Below are positions 9,872 to 18,650 of a DNA stretch of 64,000 nt, piece after piece. Position 1 is the first letter of the stretch. Each line of letters begins with the position of its first letter. The notes under the pieces were generated by a model that did not search any database, was not told where the DNA came from, and saw only the letters and a list, made by a program, of their open reading frames with translations. Source of the stretch: Halobacteriaceae archaeon (GTDB taxonomy: Archaea > Halobacteriota > Halobacteria > Halobacteriales > Halobacteriaceae); assembly GCA_042216675.1 (NCBI GenBank), contig JBDGTS010000020.1, positions 51,557-115,556 on the forward strand, in the 5' to 3' direction. The position numbers and the translations under genes are program-made.

Positions 9872-10756
9872 ATGGCTCCTTCGACTGTGGCCGTGACCGG
9901 CGGCAACGGGAAGATCGGACGCGCGGTCCTGCGGGATCTGGATGGCCACGGATACGAGACGGCGAACGTCGCACGCGGAAAGCGACGCGAAGACGTCTCG
10001 GACCAGTACGTCACGACGGACCTGCTCGACGCGGGCGAGACGTACGGCGCACTGGCCGAGACCGGTGCCGACGCGGTCATCCACATGGGCACCATCCCGG
10101 GACCCCACGGCCACCCGCAGCACAGGACGTACGAGAGCAACGCGATGAGTGCGCTCCACGTCCTCGAAGCCAGCGAATCGCTGGGACTGGAGGCCTGCTG
10201 TCTCGCGTCCAGCATCAACGCGATGGGCGCAGAACACCAGCAGCGACCGCCGGAGGTCGAGTACCTGCCCGTCGACGAATCCCATCCGCGCACGCCGGAC
10301 GACGTGTACGGCATCGCCAAACACGCGATGGAAGTCACGGCAGACGGCTTCGGTCGCCGCCCGGACACGGACCTCACCATCTCGTCACTCCGGTATCCGT
10401 GGGTCCCGACCGAGGAGGAGATGGTCGAGAGTATCGTGGCGGCCGACCGGTCGGCGGACACGCTCCCGGATCGCGACCCCTGGACCGGCAGCCACGTCCT
10501 GTTCTCGTATCTCCATCTCGACGACGCGGCGGCCGTCGCTCGGAGAGCTATCGAAGCCGAACACGACGGACACGAAGTGTTCTGGGCGACCGCTGACGAC
10601 ACCACGGCGACCGTCCCGACGGCGGCTCTCGCAGACGAGTTCTTCCCCGACGCGGAGGTCCGAGCGCCCCTCGAGGGCCACGAGGCGCTGTTCGACATCT
10701 CGAAAGCCGCCTCGATGCTCGGCTGGACGCCGAAACACAGCTGGCGAGACGACTGA
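9872..10756 (+). CDS. NAD-dependent epimerase/dehydratase (extended SDR)
   Basis: TGGNGKIG Rossmann motif, ASS and YGIAK catalytic motif. Start re-called at ATG 9872. Confidence 0.88.
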   Translation: MAPSTVAVTGGNGKIGRAVLRDLDGHGYETANVARGKRREDVSDQYVTTDLLDAGETYGALAETGADAVIHMGTIPGPHGHPQHRTYESNAMSALHVLEASESLGLEACCLASSINAMGAEHQQRPPEVEYLPVDESHPRTPDDVYGIAKHAMEVTADGFGRRPDTDLTISSLRYPWVPTEEEMVESIVAADRSADTLPDRDPWTGSHVLFSYLHLDDAAAVARRAIEAEHDGHEVFWATADDTTATVPTAALADEFFPDAEVRAPLEGHEALFDISKAASMLGWTPKHSWRDD

Positions 10757-10937
10757 GCGGAGCACCCACACCCTCGTCTCCCGACCGCGACGCGGTAGGG
10801 GGTGTTGAAAGACCGGGTCCACAGCCCGGGGCTCGCGCGTGAACCGCCAGTCGTTCCCGAGTGCCGCAGCGGCGTTCGCGGTGGTCGAGTCAGAGGACGG
10901 CACCCGGCTTTATACTTCCATTGGCAGACGGTGACGC

Positions 10938-11747
10938 ATGGTCGGCACGACGCGGTACGATTTCGGCGGCGAATCGGCAATCGTGACGGGGTCGACGAAG
11001 GGTATCGGGCGAGGCATCGCGGAGACGCTCGTCGAACACGGGGCGAACGTTGCGGTGAACTCCCGAACGCCGGACGCAGTCGAGCGGACCGTCGAAGAAC
11101 TCGGCGACGACGCCGACGGGCAGGTGATCGGCGTCCCCGCAGACGTTGGCGACCCCGCGGGGGTCGAGAAGCTAGTCGGCGACGCCATCGACGCGTTCGG
11201 GGAGATCGACCTGCTGGTGAACAACGCGGCCATGTGGCCCCGCGAGGCGTCGATGATCGAGGCCGACCTCGACGACTGGGACCAGACGATGGCCGTGAAC
11301 GTCCGGTCGCAGTTCTACGCGTCCAAACTGGTCGCCGAGCACATGGTCGCGAACGAAATCGAGGGGAACGTTGTCAACATCACCAGCCAGACGGGCGACC
11401 GGCGCACCGGCCAGCGGGGGCTGTACGGCCTGTCGAACACGGCGGTCAACGGGCTCACCTGGCGGATGGCAGCCGACTACGCGGAGGAGGGGATTCGGGT
11501 CAACGCCGTGTCCACCGACGTCACGCGGACGTATCAGCTCCGGCACGAGGCCGAGATGATGGCCGACGCCGACGACGAAGACCGAACTCCGGACGAGATA
11601 CTGAACGACTGGGGGGCAAAACGGCCACTCGGTCGGCTCGGTGAGCCCGAGGACCTCGCGAACGCGGTCTGCTGGCTCGCCAGCGACAAGGCGGCGTACG
11701 TGGTCGGCACGATTCTCCGCGTGAGCGGCGGCGGGAATCTGATGTGA
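10938..11747 (+). CDS. Short-chain dehydrogenase/reductase (sugar dehydrogenase-like) with an atypical YxxxN active site
   Basis: TGSTKGIG, LVNNAA, IRVNAV and PLGRLGEPED motifs. The catalytic region reads YGLSN. Confidence 0.88.
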   Translation: MVGTTRYDFGGESAIVTGSTKGIGRGIAETLVEHGANVAVNSRTPDAVERTVEELGDDADGQVIGVPADVGDPAGVEKLVGDAIDAFGEIDLLVNNAAMWPREASMIEADLDDWDQTMAVNVRSQFYASKLVAEHMVANEIEGNVVNITSQTGDRRTGQRGLYGLSNTAVNGLTWRMAADYAEEGIRVNAVSTDVTRTYQLRHEAEMMADADDEDRTPDEILNDWGAKRPLGRLGEPEDLANAVCWLASDKAAYVVGTILRVSGGGNLM

Positions 11748-11840
11748 GGAAACACACAGCGTGGGAGGCGGGCGTACTTCGAGCGCGTGGGCAGACGGCT
11801 GTCCGTAGCGACGGGACAGAGAGACCCGGCCCGGCGACCG

Positions 11841-14063
11841 CTACGGTTCGAGGAGGTGAATCGGGTGCTGTGTTTCTACGGCGAGGAGCGCATCGAGTTG
11901 CTCGGCGCAGGAGGTACCGCTGGCGACGACGGTCCGGTCGGGGGTCTCCGCCTCGAACTGCTGGGCTACCGTCTCCCCGACGTCCATGCTGAGTTCGTAG
12001 TAGTCGGACTTGTAGCCGAAGCTCCCGGCCATGCCACAGCACTCGACGTCGGAGGTCACGACGTCGTAGCCGAGATCCTCGAGGACGGTCACCGTGTATG
12101 GCTCCAGCCCGAGGGTGCGTTGCTGGCAGTGACTGTGGTACGCGACGCCGGCCCCGTCCCCGTGCCGGAGCGATTCGGCGTCAGCCCCGTTTTCGAGCAG
12201 GCCGTACACGTACTCGAAGAGGTCGTAGCTCGCGTCGGCGAGTGCGTCGTCTGTCCCCTCGAGGAGTTTCTCGTACTCGCGCTGGAACATCGCGAGGTCG
12301 CTGGGCTCGACGACCACGACGTCGGTCCCGTCGGAGAGATACCCGTCGAGTGCGCCTCTGAGCGCAGTCGCCTTCGACTCCGCGGTGGCGACCATTCCTT
12401 GCGAGAGCGGCGCGCGACCGGAACCGCCGATGTCGGGCACGACCACATCGCACCCGAGCGCCTCGAGGACGCGGACGGCGGCCTTCCCGCGGGCGGTCTG
12501 GACGTAGTTGGTGTACACGTCGGGGTAGAGGACGACCCGTCGCGCTGCGTTCTCGACCGTCGGCGACCGGTTCGCGGCCCAGTCCACGAGCGTTTCGCGC
12601 CGGAACGTCGGGAGGTCCCTGCAGGCGTCGATCCCCAGCACCGAGTCCATCGCCCGTCTGACGAGCCCGGTGGACCCGAGGACGTTCGAGACAGGTGCCG
12701 TCTTGCTCCCGAGTTTCGCGACCGTCTCGAAGTTGCCGAAGAACCGCTTTTGAAGCGAGAGACCGCCAGTCTCGTCGTCGGGCGTCAGCCCGTCCACGAG
12801 GAAGTCGAAGTCGTGCTCAGTCTGTCGGTTGATGCGGTCCCGGACGACGGTATTTATCCAGGGGATATCTATCTCGACCGGGCAGGCGTTTACGCACCGT
12901 GAACAGCCCGTACAGAGGTCGTTGAACGACGCCGCGGCGTCGAGGCCTTCGACGCCGGCCTCCCAGCCAGTCGCGATGCCGCCGGAGTACGTCTCGCCCC
13001 CGAAGGCGTGCCCGCCGACCGACTGGAAGTTCGCACAGGAGTTCGCACACGCGCCACACCTGATGCAGTACAGCGTCTCCCGCAACTCCGGGTCGTCGCG
13101 CATCTCCCAGCGACCGTTGTCCACGAGGACCAGGTAAAAATCCCGGGTACTGTCCTCCTCCCCCGCCACGTCCCCGCACCCGCTCTCGCCGTCGGACGTC
13201 TCGCTCGGGTCGAAGTCGACCGTCGGCGTCTCCACCGGCGGCGTGAGGACCGACAGATATTGCGGGATGGACTGTCCCGACGCCGCCCGCGAGATCAGTT
13301 CCGCGAACGGATGCAGGGCCGAGACGTCGGGGATGACCTTCTCGATTCCGGCGACGGCGACGTGGGTGTCGGGAACGCTGGCGCACTTGCGTGCGTTCCC
13401 CTCGTTGGTGACCAGCGCGATGGAGCCACTCTCGGCAAGGACGAAGTTCGCGCCGGTGACGCCGACCTCGGCCGTCTCGATCCGCTCGCCGAGATGTTCG
13501 CGGGCGAACTTGGTCAGTCGCTCGGCCGAGTCCAACGGTTCGTCGGGATCGAACACGGCCTCGAACAGGGCCGTGATCTGTTCGCGGGACTTGTGAAAGG
13601 ACGGGCCGACGATGTGGGAGGGGGCCTCCCCGGCAACCTGAATCACGAACTCGCCGAGGTCCGTCTCCCAGACGTCAACGCCGTCTGCGTCCAGCGCCTC
13701 GTTGAGGTCGATCTCCTCCGTCGTCATCGACTTCGACTTGACGACAGCGTCGGCGTCGGCGCCATCCACGACGTCGGCGACGTACCGCCGGGCGTCCGTG
13801 GCGTCGTCGGCGACGTACACGGTGCCACCGTGTTCCTCCACCGCCGCCCGGGTCCGGTCGATCAACTCGGGCAACCGCTCGATAGCGTCTTCCTTGATGG
13901 CCCGTGCCTCGGACCGGTACTGGTCGTACTCCGCGCGCCCCATCTCGTCGATCGCCCGGTACCGCTCGGAGTTGACGTGGCGGGTGTTCGCTTTGACCTG
14001 CTCCCCCTCGGTGGTGAGCAGGTGCCGGATGCGCTCGGCAGTCGTCGAGCGCGAGTCGGTCAT
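11841..14063 (-). CDS. LUD-domain Fe-S protein (LutB-like) fused to a C-terminal Cys-rich CCG oxidoreductase domain; lactate utilisation
   Basis: VKSKSMTTEE, ETDLGE and TNEGN motifs, 4Fe-4S motifs CIRCGACANSC and CTGCSRCVNACP, plus HSHCQ and CCGMAGSFG. Confidence 0.9.
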   Translation of the reverse strand: MTDSRSTTAERIRHLLTTEGEQVKANTRHVNSERYRAIDEMGRAEYDQYRSEARAIKEDAIERLPELIDRTRAAVEEHGGTVYVADDATDARRYVADVVDGADADAVVKSKSMTTEEIDLNEALDADGVDVWETDLGEFVIQVAGEAPSHIVGPSFHKSREQITALFEAVFDPDEPLDSAERLTKFAREHLGERIETAEVGVTGANFVLAESGSIALVTNEGNARKCASVPDTHVAVAGIEKVIPDVSALHPFAELISRAASGQSIPQYLSVLTPPVETPTVDFDPSETSDGESGCGDVAGEEDSTRDFYLVLVDNGRWEMRDDPELRETLYCIRCGACANSCANFQSVGGHAFGGETYSGGIATGWEAGVEGLDAAASFNDLCTGCSRCVNACPVEIDIPWINTVVRDRINRQTEHDFDFLVDGLTPDDETGGLSLQKRFFGNFETVAKLGSKTAPVSNVLGSTGLVRRAMDSVLGIDACRDLPTFRRETLVDWAANRSPTVENAARRVVLYPDVYTNYVQTARGKAAVRVLEALGCDVVVPDIGGSGRAPLSQGMVATAESKATALRGALDGYLSDGTDVVVVEPSDLAMFQREYEKLLEGTDDALADASYDLFEYVYGLLENGADAESLRHGDGAGVAYHSHCQQRTLGLEPYTVTVLEDLGYDVVTSDVECCGMAGSFGYKSDYYELSMDVGETVAQQFEAETPDRTVVASGTSCAEQLDALLAVETQHPIHLLEP

Positions 14064-14578
14064 CGCGGCTCACCCGTTTCGACGATGATCGCGTGGACTC
14101 GTTCCGGGCCGTGGACGCCCTGGACCAGCGCACCCATGTCCCCGGTCGCGCTGGGTCCCGTCGCCAGCACCATCGAGTCGTGCCCGGCCGCGAACTCGTC
14201 AGTGAGCCAGTCGAACGCCGATTCGAGGTCTACGCGGATGTCCGCCGTCCGGAGGACGACGACGTGATACTCCGGCAGGAGCGCGACCAGTTCGTCGCCC
14301 GCAGGGCGAGACGCCACGGCGACGGTTCCCAACGACGCGATACCGAGCGGAGAGCCGGTAACCCCCGTCGTCGCGGCGCGCAACTCCGCGGGACCGGGGT
14401 CCACGGTGATCGCGTGGTCGCTCAGTGACAACCGGGGAAACGGAAGCGATGCCCCGACCGCAGGGGTCTCGATAGCGTCGGCGAGTGCGGCATCGAACTC
14501 GTCCAGACCGACGACCGTTGACGACACGTCCGCACGCTCGAGCGACTGCCGGAACTGCTGGACCCGACTGGAAGCCAT
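14060..14578 (-). CDS. LUD-domain protein (LutC-like)
   Basis: TGPSATGDMGALVQGVHGP motif. Overlaps the start of the LutB-like gene by 4 bp. Confidence 0.88.
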   Translation of the reverse strand: MASSRVQQFRQSLERADVSSTVVGLDEFDAALADAIETPAVGASLPFPRLSLSDHAITVDPGPAELRAATTGVTGSPLGIASLGTVAVASRPAGDELVALLPEYHVVVLRTADIRVDLESAFDWLTDEFAAGHDSMVLATGPSATGDMGALVQGVHGPERVHAIIVETGEPR

Positions 14579-14837
14579 ACGGGCCCAACGGCGGTCGATG
14601 TTATAGTGTTCCGGTCAGTTCCGTTCCCTGACAGGCCGTCCGTGGCGACGCTGGACGGGGGCTGTGGATGCCACCGCACAGGGGAATCGGGATCACAGCA
14701 CAGGCCCGATTGCGCCAGCGGCGGGCGAACCGCATCTCGGCGGGCGGTCGAAACGGCGTGAACAAGATCCTCGCGGCGCGGCGTTCTGCGGATGGGATCC
14801 AGCGGGCCCCGGTCCGACCGGGGCTCGGAACACGCAC

Positions 14838-15704
14838 TCACAGATGCAGGTCGTGGAACGTCCGGTGGGAGAGGTACGCGCGGTCGCGCCGCGACAGGAA
14901 GTCGACGCCGTCGATCCAGGACAGACAGTCCCCGTAGTCCGCCCAGCTGTCCATCCAGGGGTAGTCCGACCCGAGCATCAGGCGCTCCGGACCGAACCAC
15001 TCCAAGAGATTGCGCACGTATCCGTGGAGGTCCGCGTACGGCCAGTCCCGTCCGGCCGACCGGGGAAGCGAGCTCACTTTCACGTATACGTTCTCGTGTT
15101 CGGCCACGGCCTCGAAGGTCGCCCACGGGTCCTCATCCGGGTCCGTGGTCTCGTCGGGCCACGCCATGTGATCGATCACGATGTCGGTGTCAGGGTGGTC
15201 GGCGGCGAGCTCGGCCACGTACGAGAGTTGTTCGGCCTTGGGGAACACGAAGACCGCGGCGTCTTGTGCTGCGACCTCTTCCCACACCGGGGCGAGCGCC
15301 TCCTCGAGAATCCAGTCGCCCGTGCGGTTCACCTCCGTCGGAATCGTCTCGTACTCCAAGGCGGCGTGCATTCGAATCCCGAGCATCCGTTCGTGACCGA
15401 CCACGCGCCGCACCCTCTCGCGGAGGTCGCCATCCTGCGGAAAGAAGTCCATGATGCCGACGCCGTACAGCCGATCCGGATGCGCCTCGATACCGCGCAT
15501 CGTGTATTCGTTGGCGCGTTCGCCCCGTCCGTAGAGCGGCGTCGTCACCGTCACGGCCTCGTCGATGCCGAGGCGGTCCATGTCTGCGAGCAGGTCCTCG
15601 TAGGTGTAGGGCCCCTCCCACTCCGGTGGCAGGAGGTCTGCCGCCCACGGCAGTTCGGGCGTGTCGCGGCCCCAGGTGTGGGTATGCGTGTCGATCAGTT
15701 TCAT
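14838..15704 (-). CDS. Amidohydrolase_2 family protein (sugar lactonase-like)
   Basis: IDTHTH, IDHMA, YVKVS and FGPERLMLGSDYP motifs. Start re-called at ATG 15704. Confidence 0.85.
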   Translation of the reverse strand: MKLIDTHTHTWGRDTPELPWAADLLPPEWEGPYTYEDLLADMDRLGIDEAVTVTTPLYGRGERANEYTMRGIEAHPDRLYGVGIMDFFPQDGDLRERVRRVVGHERMLGIRMHAALEYETIPTEVNRTGDWILEEALAPVWEEVAAQDAAVFVFPKAEQLSYVAELAADHPDTDIVIDHMAWPDETTDPDEDPWATFEAVAEHENVYVKVSSLPRSAGRDWPYADLHGYVRNLLEWFGPERLMLGSDYPWMDSWADYGDCLSWIDGVDFLSRRDRAYLSHRTFHDLHL

Positions 15705-15736
15705 CGGGACGACTGTGTGCCACGACCGGAATAAAA

Positions 15737-16116
15737 CTACGCCGTACCCCACGGGGCGGCGAATCGGGACCCGCAAACGGCTCCCTTGCGCTCGAACGAC
15801 CAGCATTCGTCGATGAGCGCCATCTCCCCCGAGTCGGCATCGGCGCTGGAGCGCTTGAACTCGCCGACCCGCTCTTCGCACCCCCGGCACTCGGGTCGGC
15901 CATGGACGCCTCGGTGAACGTCTCGAAGTCCCCGACCTCGATGTAGCCTACGGAGATGTCGTCGTGGACGAACAGCCGGAACGCGTGGACGCCGCCGCGA
16001 GCCATCGCGTCGGACACTGCTTCGGGGACGTCCTCGTGGGCCTCGAGATAGTCGTCGACGTGCTCCGGGTCGAGGCGCTGTACCATCGCCACTCGTTCGA
16101 GACTGTCATTCATCAT
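15737..16116 (-). pseudogene. L-rhamnose mutarotase-like, frameshifted near 15893-15896
   Basis: N-terminus RLDPEHVDDYLEAHEDV...GVHAFRLF. Restoring one base after ...MAD gives PECRGCEERVGEFKRS...EMALIDECWSFE, ending at TAG 15737-15739. Confidence 0.75.
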
Positions 16117-16219
16117 ATAAGTCGGGAGAGCCGCGTCGCTTAGTTCTTCAGGTGGTCGGGCCGCTCGACCGCTCGATCGGGTGGCATCATCGGAGGCAGA
16201 GCGGTGATGACGAACGGAT

Positions 16220-17383
16220 TCATATCCGACCGCTGGCGCTACTCTCGTCGATAACGGTCCGATCGGTAGTTCTAGCCTCGACGAAGTCCCAGTCGATGTC
16301 GACGCCCAGTCCTGGCCCCTCGGGGACGGGGATCGCTCCGTCGTCGATCGCCTGTACGTCCTCCGTGAATCCCTGCGAGACCGTCCAGGTGACCTCGGGG
16401 TGGAGGAGCCCCGCCTCGAAGTAGTTCGTGTTCCGGATTGCGCTCAAGCAGTGAAGGTGTGAGGGGCCGCCCACGTGGAGTTCGACGTCGACACCGAACG
16501 CATCGGCGAGATGCGCCGTCTTCATCACCCCGGTGATTCCACCGTCGAGATGCGCGTCGCCACGGACCAGTTCGAGTGCCCCTGCCTGGATGTGGTTCGC
16601 GCGTCCGTAATGTCCACCCCTGACGTTCTCGACGCCGAGTATCGGCGTCGCCAGTTCCTGAACGAGTTTTCGACCGAGTTCGATGCTCTCGCCGCCGTCA
16701 GCCAGTGGGTCCTCGTACCAGAAGTAGTCGAGGTCGTCGAGAACGCGGCCGACACGTAGCGCTTGCGTGTATGTCTGGTACTCGCTCCCAGCGTCCAGCA
16801 TCAGCGCCATGTCGTCGCCGACGGCATCGGCAACCGCTCGACAGGCCGCGATATCTCGGTCCGGATCGCCGAACGGATGCAGTTTGAACGCAGGATACCC
16901 CGCCTCCAAGCACTCGATTGCGAACTCAGCGTACGCCTCGGGGCTGTCCAGTCCACCCGCGTCGTCGGCCCAGTAGGTGGACGCGTAGGCGGGAATCCTG
17001 TCCCGGTACCCGCCGAGCAGCGTCGAGACACTCGCGTCGTGGTGCTTGCCCGCGAGGTCCCAAAGTGCGACGTCGATCGGACCGATTCCGAGCCGATCCG
17101 TGTGTCTGAGCGCGCCCCACAGCTCCTGCCAGATCCCCTCCCGTTCAAGCGGGTCCCGACCCAGCAGGTATTCCGAAGCGATCATCTCGACCTGGGTTAC
17201 CATCGGAGGTGTGAACATGAATCCCCGATAGTGTCCCTGGAGTCCCATGTCCGTGGTTATCGTGAGGACGAATCCAGAGGGTTCGAGCGTCTCCCCGGGA
17301 CTGTATGCAGGGTGGTCATTATACATGCTGACGTCGTCAAGACTGTACGTGAACTCCTGAATCTCCACCTCGGTAATACGCAT
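16220..17383 (-). CDS. Mandelate racemase/enolase superfamily protein (acid-sugar dehydratase-like)
   Basis: IDVALWDLAGK, LLGG, FKLHP, MLDAG, WYEDP, GGITG and PEGPGLG motifs. Confidence 0.9.
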   Translation of the reverse strand: MRITEVEIQEFTYSLDDVSMYNDHPAYSPGETLEPSGFVLTITTDMGLQGHYRGFMFTPPMVTQVEMIASEYLLGRDPLEREGIWQELWGALRHTDRLGIGPIDVALWDLAGKHHDASVSTLLGGYRDRIPAYASTYWADDAGGLDSPEAYAEFAIECLEAGYPAFKLHPFGDPDRDIAACRAVADAVGDDMALMLDAGSEYQTYTQALRVGRVLDDLDYFWYEDPLADGGESIELGRKLVQELATPILGVENVRGGHYGRANHIQAGALELVRGDAHLDGGITGVMKTAHLADAFGVDVELHVGGPSHLHCLSAIRNTNYFEAGLLHPEVTWTVSQGFTEDVQAIDDGAIPVPEGPGLGVDIDWDFVEARTTDRTVIDESSASGRI

Positions 17384-17907
17384 ACTCAGCGTATTCAGAT
17401 ACTCCTGTTAAATATTGCTCCGCGAGGCCCGACAGGAGCAGCTGATCGTCGTGTCGGAGAGAGCTGCGAGAATAGGTTTCCCTGTAGCGTGTCAGAGAAA
17501 CAGACACAGCCAGTTTACCGCGGTACAACCTGAGTAAACGTGTTGATATGAGCAGGAGTATAGAAGACAGTGCAAGATAGAGAGACCCTGTTCAACAGCC
17601 GGATGGCGCTCTCGTCCCTGGATTGATATGGCTCACGGCGGCTAATCGATGCGAAGTACGCGCGCCGACCGAAATTCAACGGCCCCGTTTCGCTACTCAC
17701 CTCTTCACCCGTTTCCATGCCGACGACTGTCCCCTCAGGCACCGCCATCTCGTACCCCGTTTCAGGTGTGATCCCGCGGTGTTCTGCCCCCTCGAGTTGC
17801 TGCCGACGCCGTGATTCTCGAATTGGACCTTTCGATAGTGGACATCCATGCCGCCCTGGAGGGTGAATCCATGCGGTGAAGTTCGACTATCCCAACGCTA
17901 TCGGTCT

Positions 17908-18205
17908 ATGTCACGGGACGATCCGGCGTGTGAGTCGCTGCAGGACCCCTCTATCCCTCGCTGGTTCGAGGAAACGACACTCGGGGTCTACACACTCTGG
18001 GGACCCTGCGCAGTTCCCGGAAACAACGCGTGGGACGCCGGACTGCGCTACGACGAGGACTCAAAGCACTTCGAGCAGCACCGCGAGGACTGGGCCCGCG
18101 ACTCCGCTGACGCCGGGGCCGACTACGTCGACGTCACTGCAACTCACGACGATGGCTTCCTGATGTGGGACAGCGACATCTCGCGATGGAACGCGGGCGA
18201 GTGCC
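17908..18205 (+). pseudogene. Degenerate N-terminal fragment of a GH29 alpha-L-fucosidase
   Basis: ESLQDPSIPRWFEETTLGVYTLWGPCAVP...DWARDSADAGADYVDVTATHDDGFLMWDS...WNAG aligns by eye with the GH29 N-terminus (compare 5203..6729). Key residues are altered, there is an internal deletion and the C-terminus is absent. Confidence 0.7.
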
Positions 18206-18215
18206 GTCGCCCTGA

Positions 18216-18650
18216 CTACTTGCGCTGGAGTTGCGAGACGTTCTTCTCGCCGGGCCGGCGCGTCAGGTCCAAGCCCTCGATGCGCCGGATGGTGAACTCG
18301 CCGAGCAGGTGGACCTCACAGCCCTCCTCGAGGTGGCCGCCCACGGTCCGGTCGCCGTCGAAGGCGGTGACGTGGAGGTGTGGCTCCCCGTCCGCGATGA
18401 CGCCGTTGACGTTCGTCACCTCCCACGCGCCGTCGAGTTCGAGGTCCGTGTTCCGCTCGGACTGGTCCTCGGGGAACTCGTCGGTGTGGACGTAGTGGAT
18501 GCTGAGGTGCCGGAACGTGCCGATGCCGGTGACGACGGCGCCCGTCTCGACGCCGTGGTCGTCGCAGGCGGCGCGCAGGGACTCGAGGGCGTCGTCGCCG
18601 GGGTCCAGTCGCACGACGACGTGGCCGTCGTCGGACGCGAACGACTCCAT
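18216..18650 (-). CDS. PPC/DUF296 domain protein
   Basis: VVRLDPGDD, TGIGT and PHLHVT...GGHL motifs. Its ATG overlaps the upstream stop codon (TGATG). Confidence 0.88.
   Translation of the reverse strand: MESFASDDGHVVVRLDPGDDALESLRAACDDHGVETGAVVTGIGTFRHLSIHYVHTDEFPEDQSERNTDLELDGAWEVTNVNGVIADGEPHLHVTAFDGDRTVGGHLEEGCEVHLLGEFTIRRIEGLDLTRRPGEKNVSQLQRK

Noticed and set aside
15190-15890. 308-aa mutarotase fusion and a 350-aa extended amidohydrolase
   Set aside because: Both arise from the mutarotase frameshift and upstream open frames. The amidohydrolase HxH motif begins right after ATG 15704.
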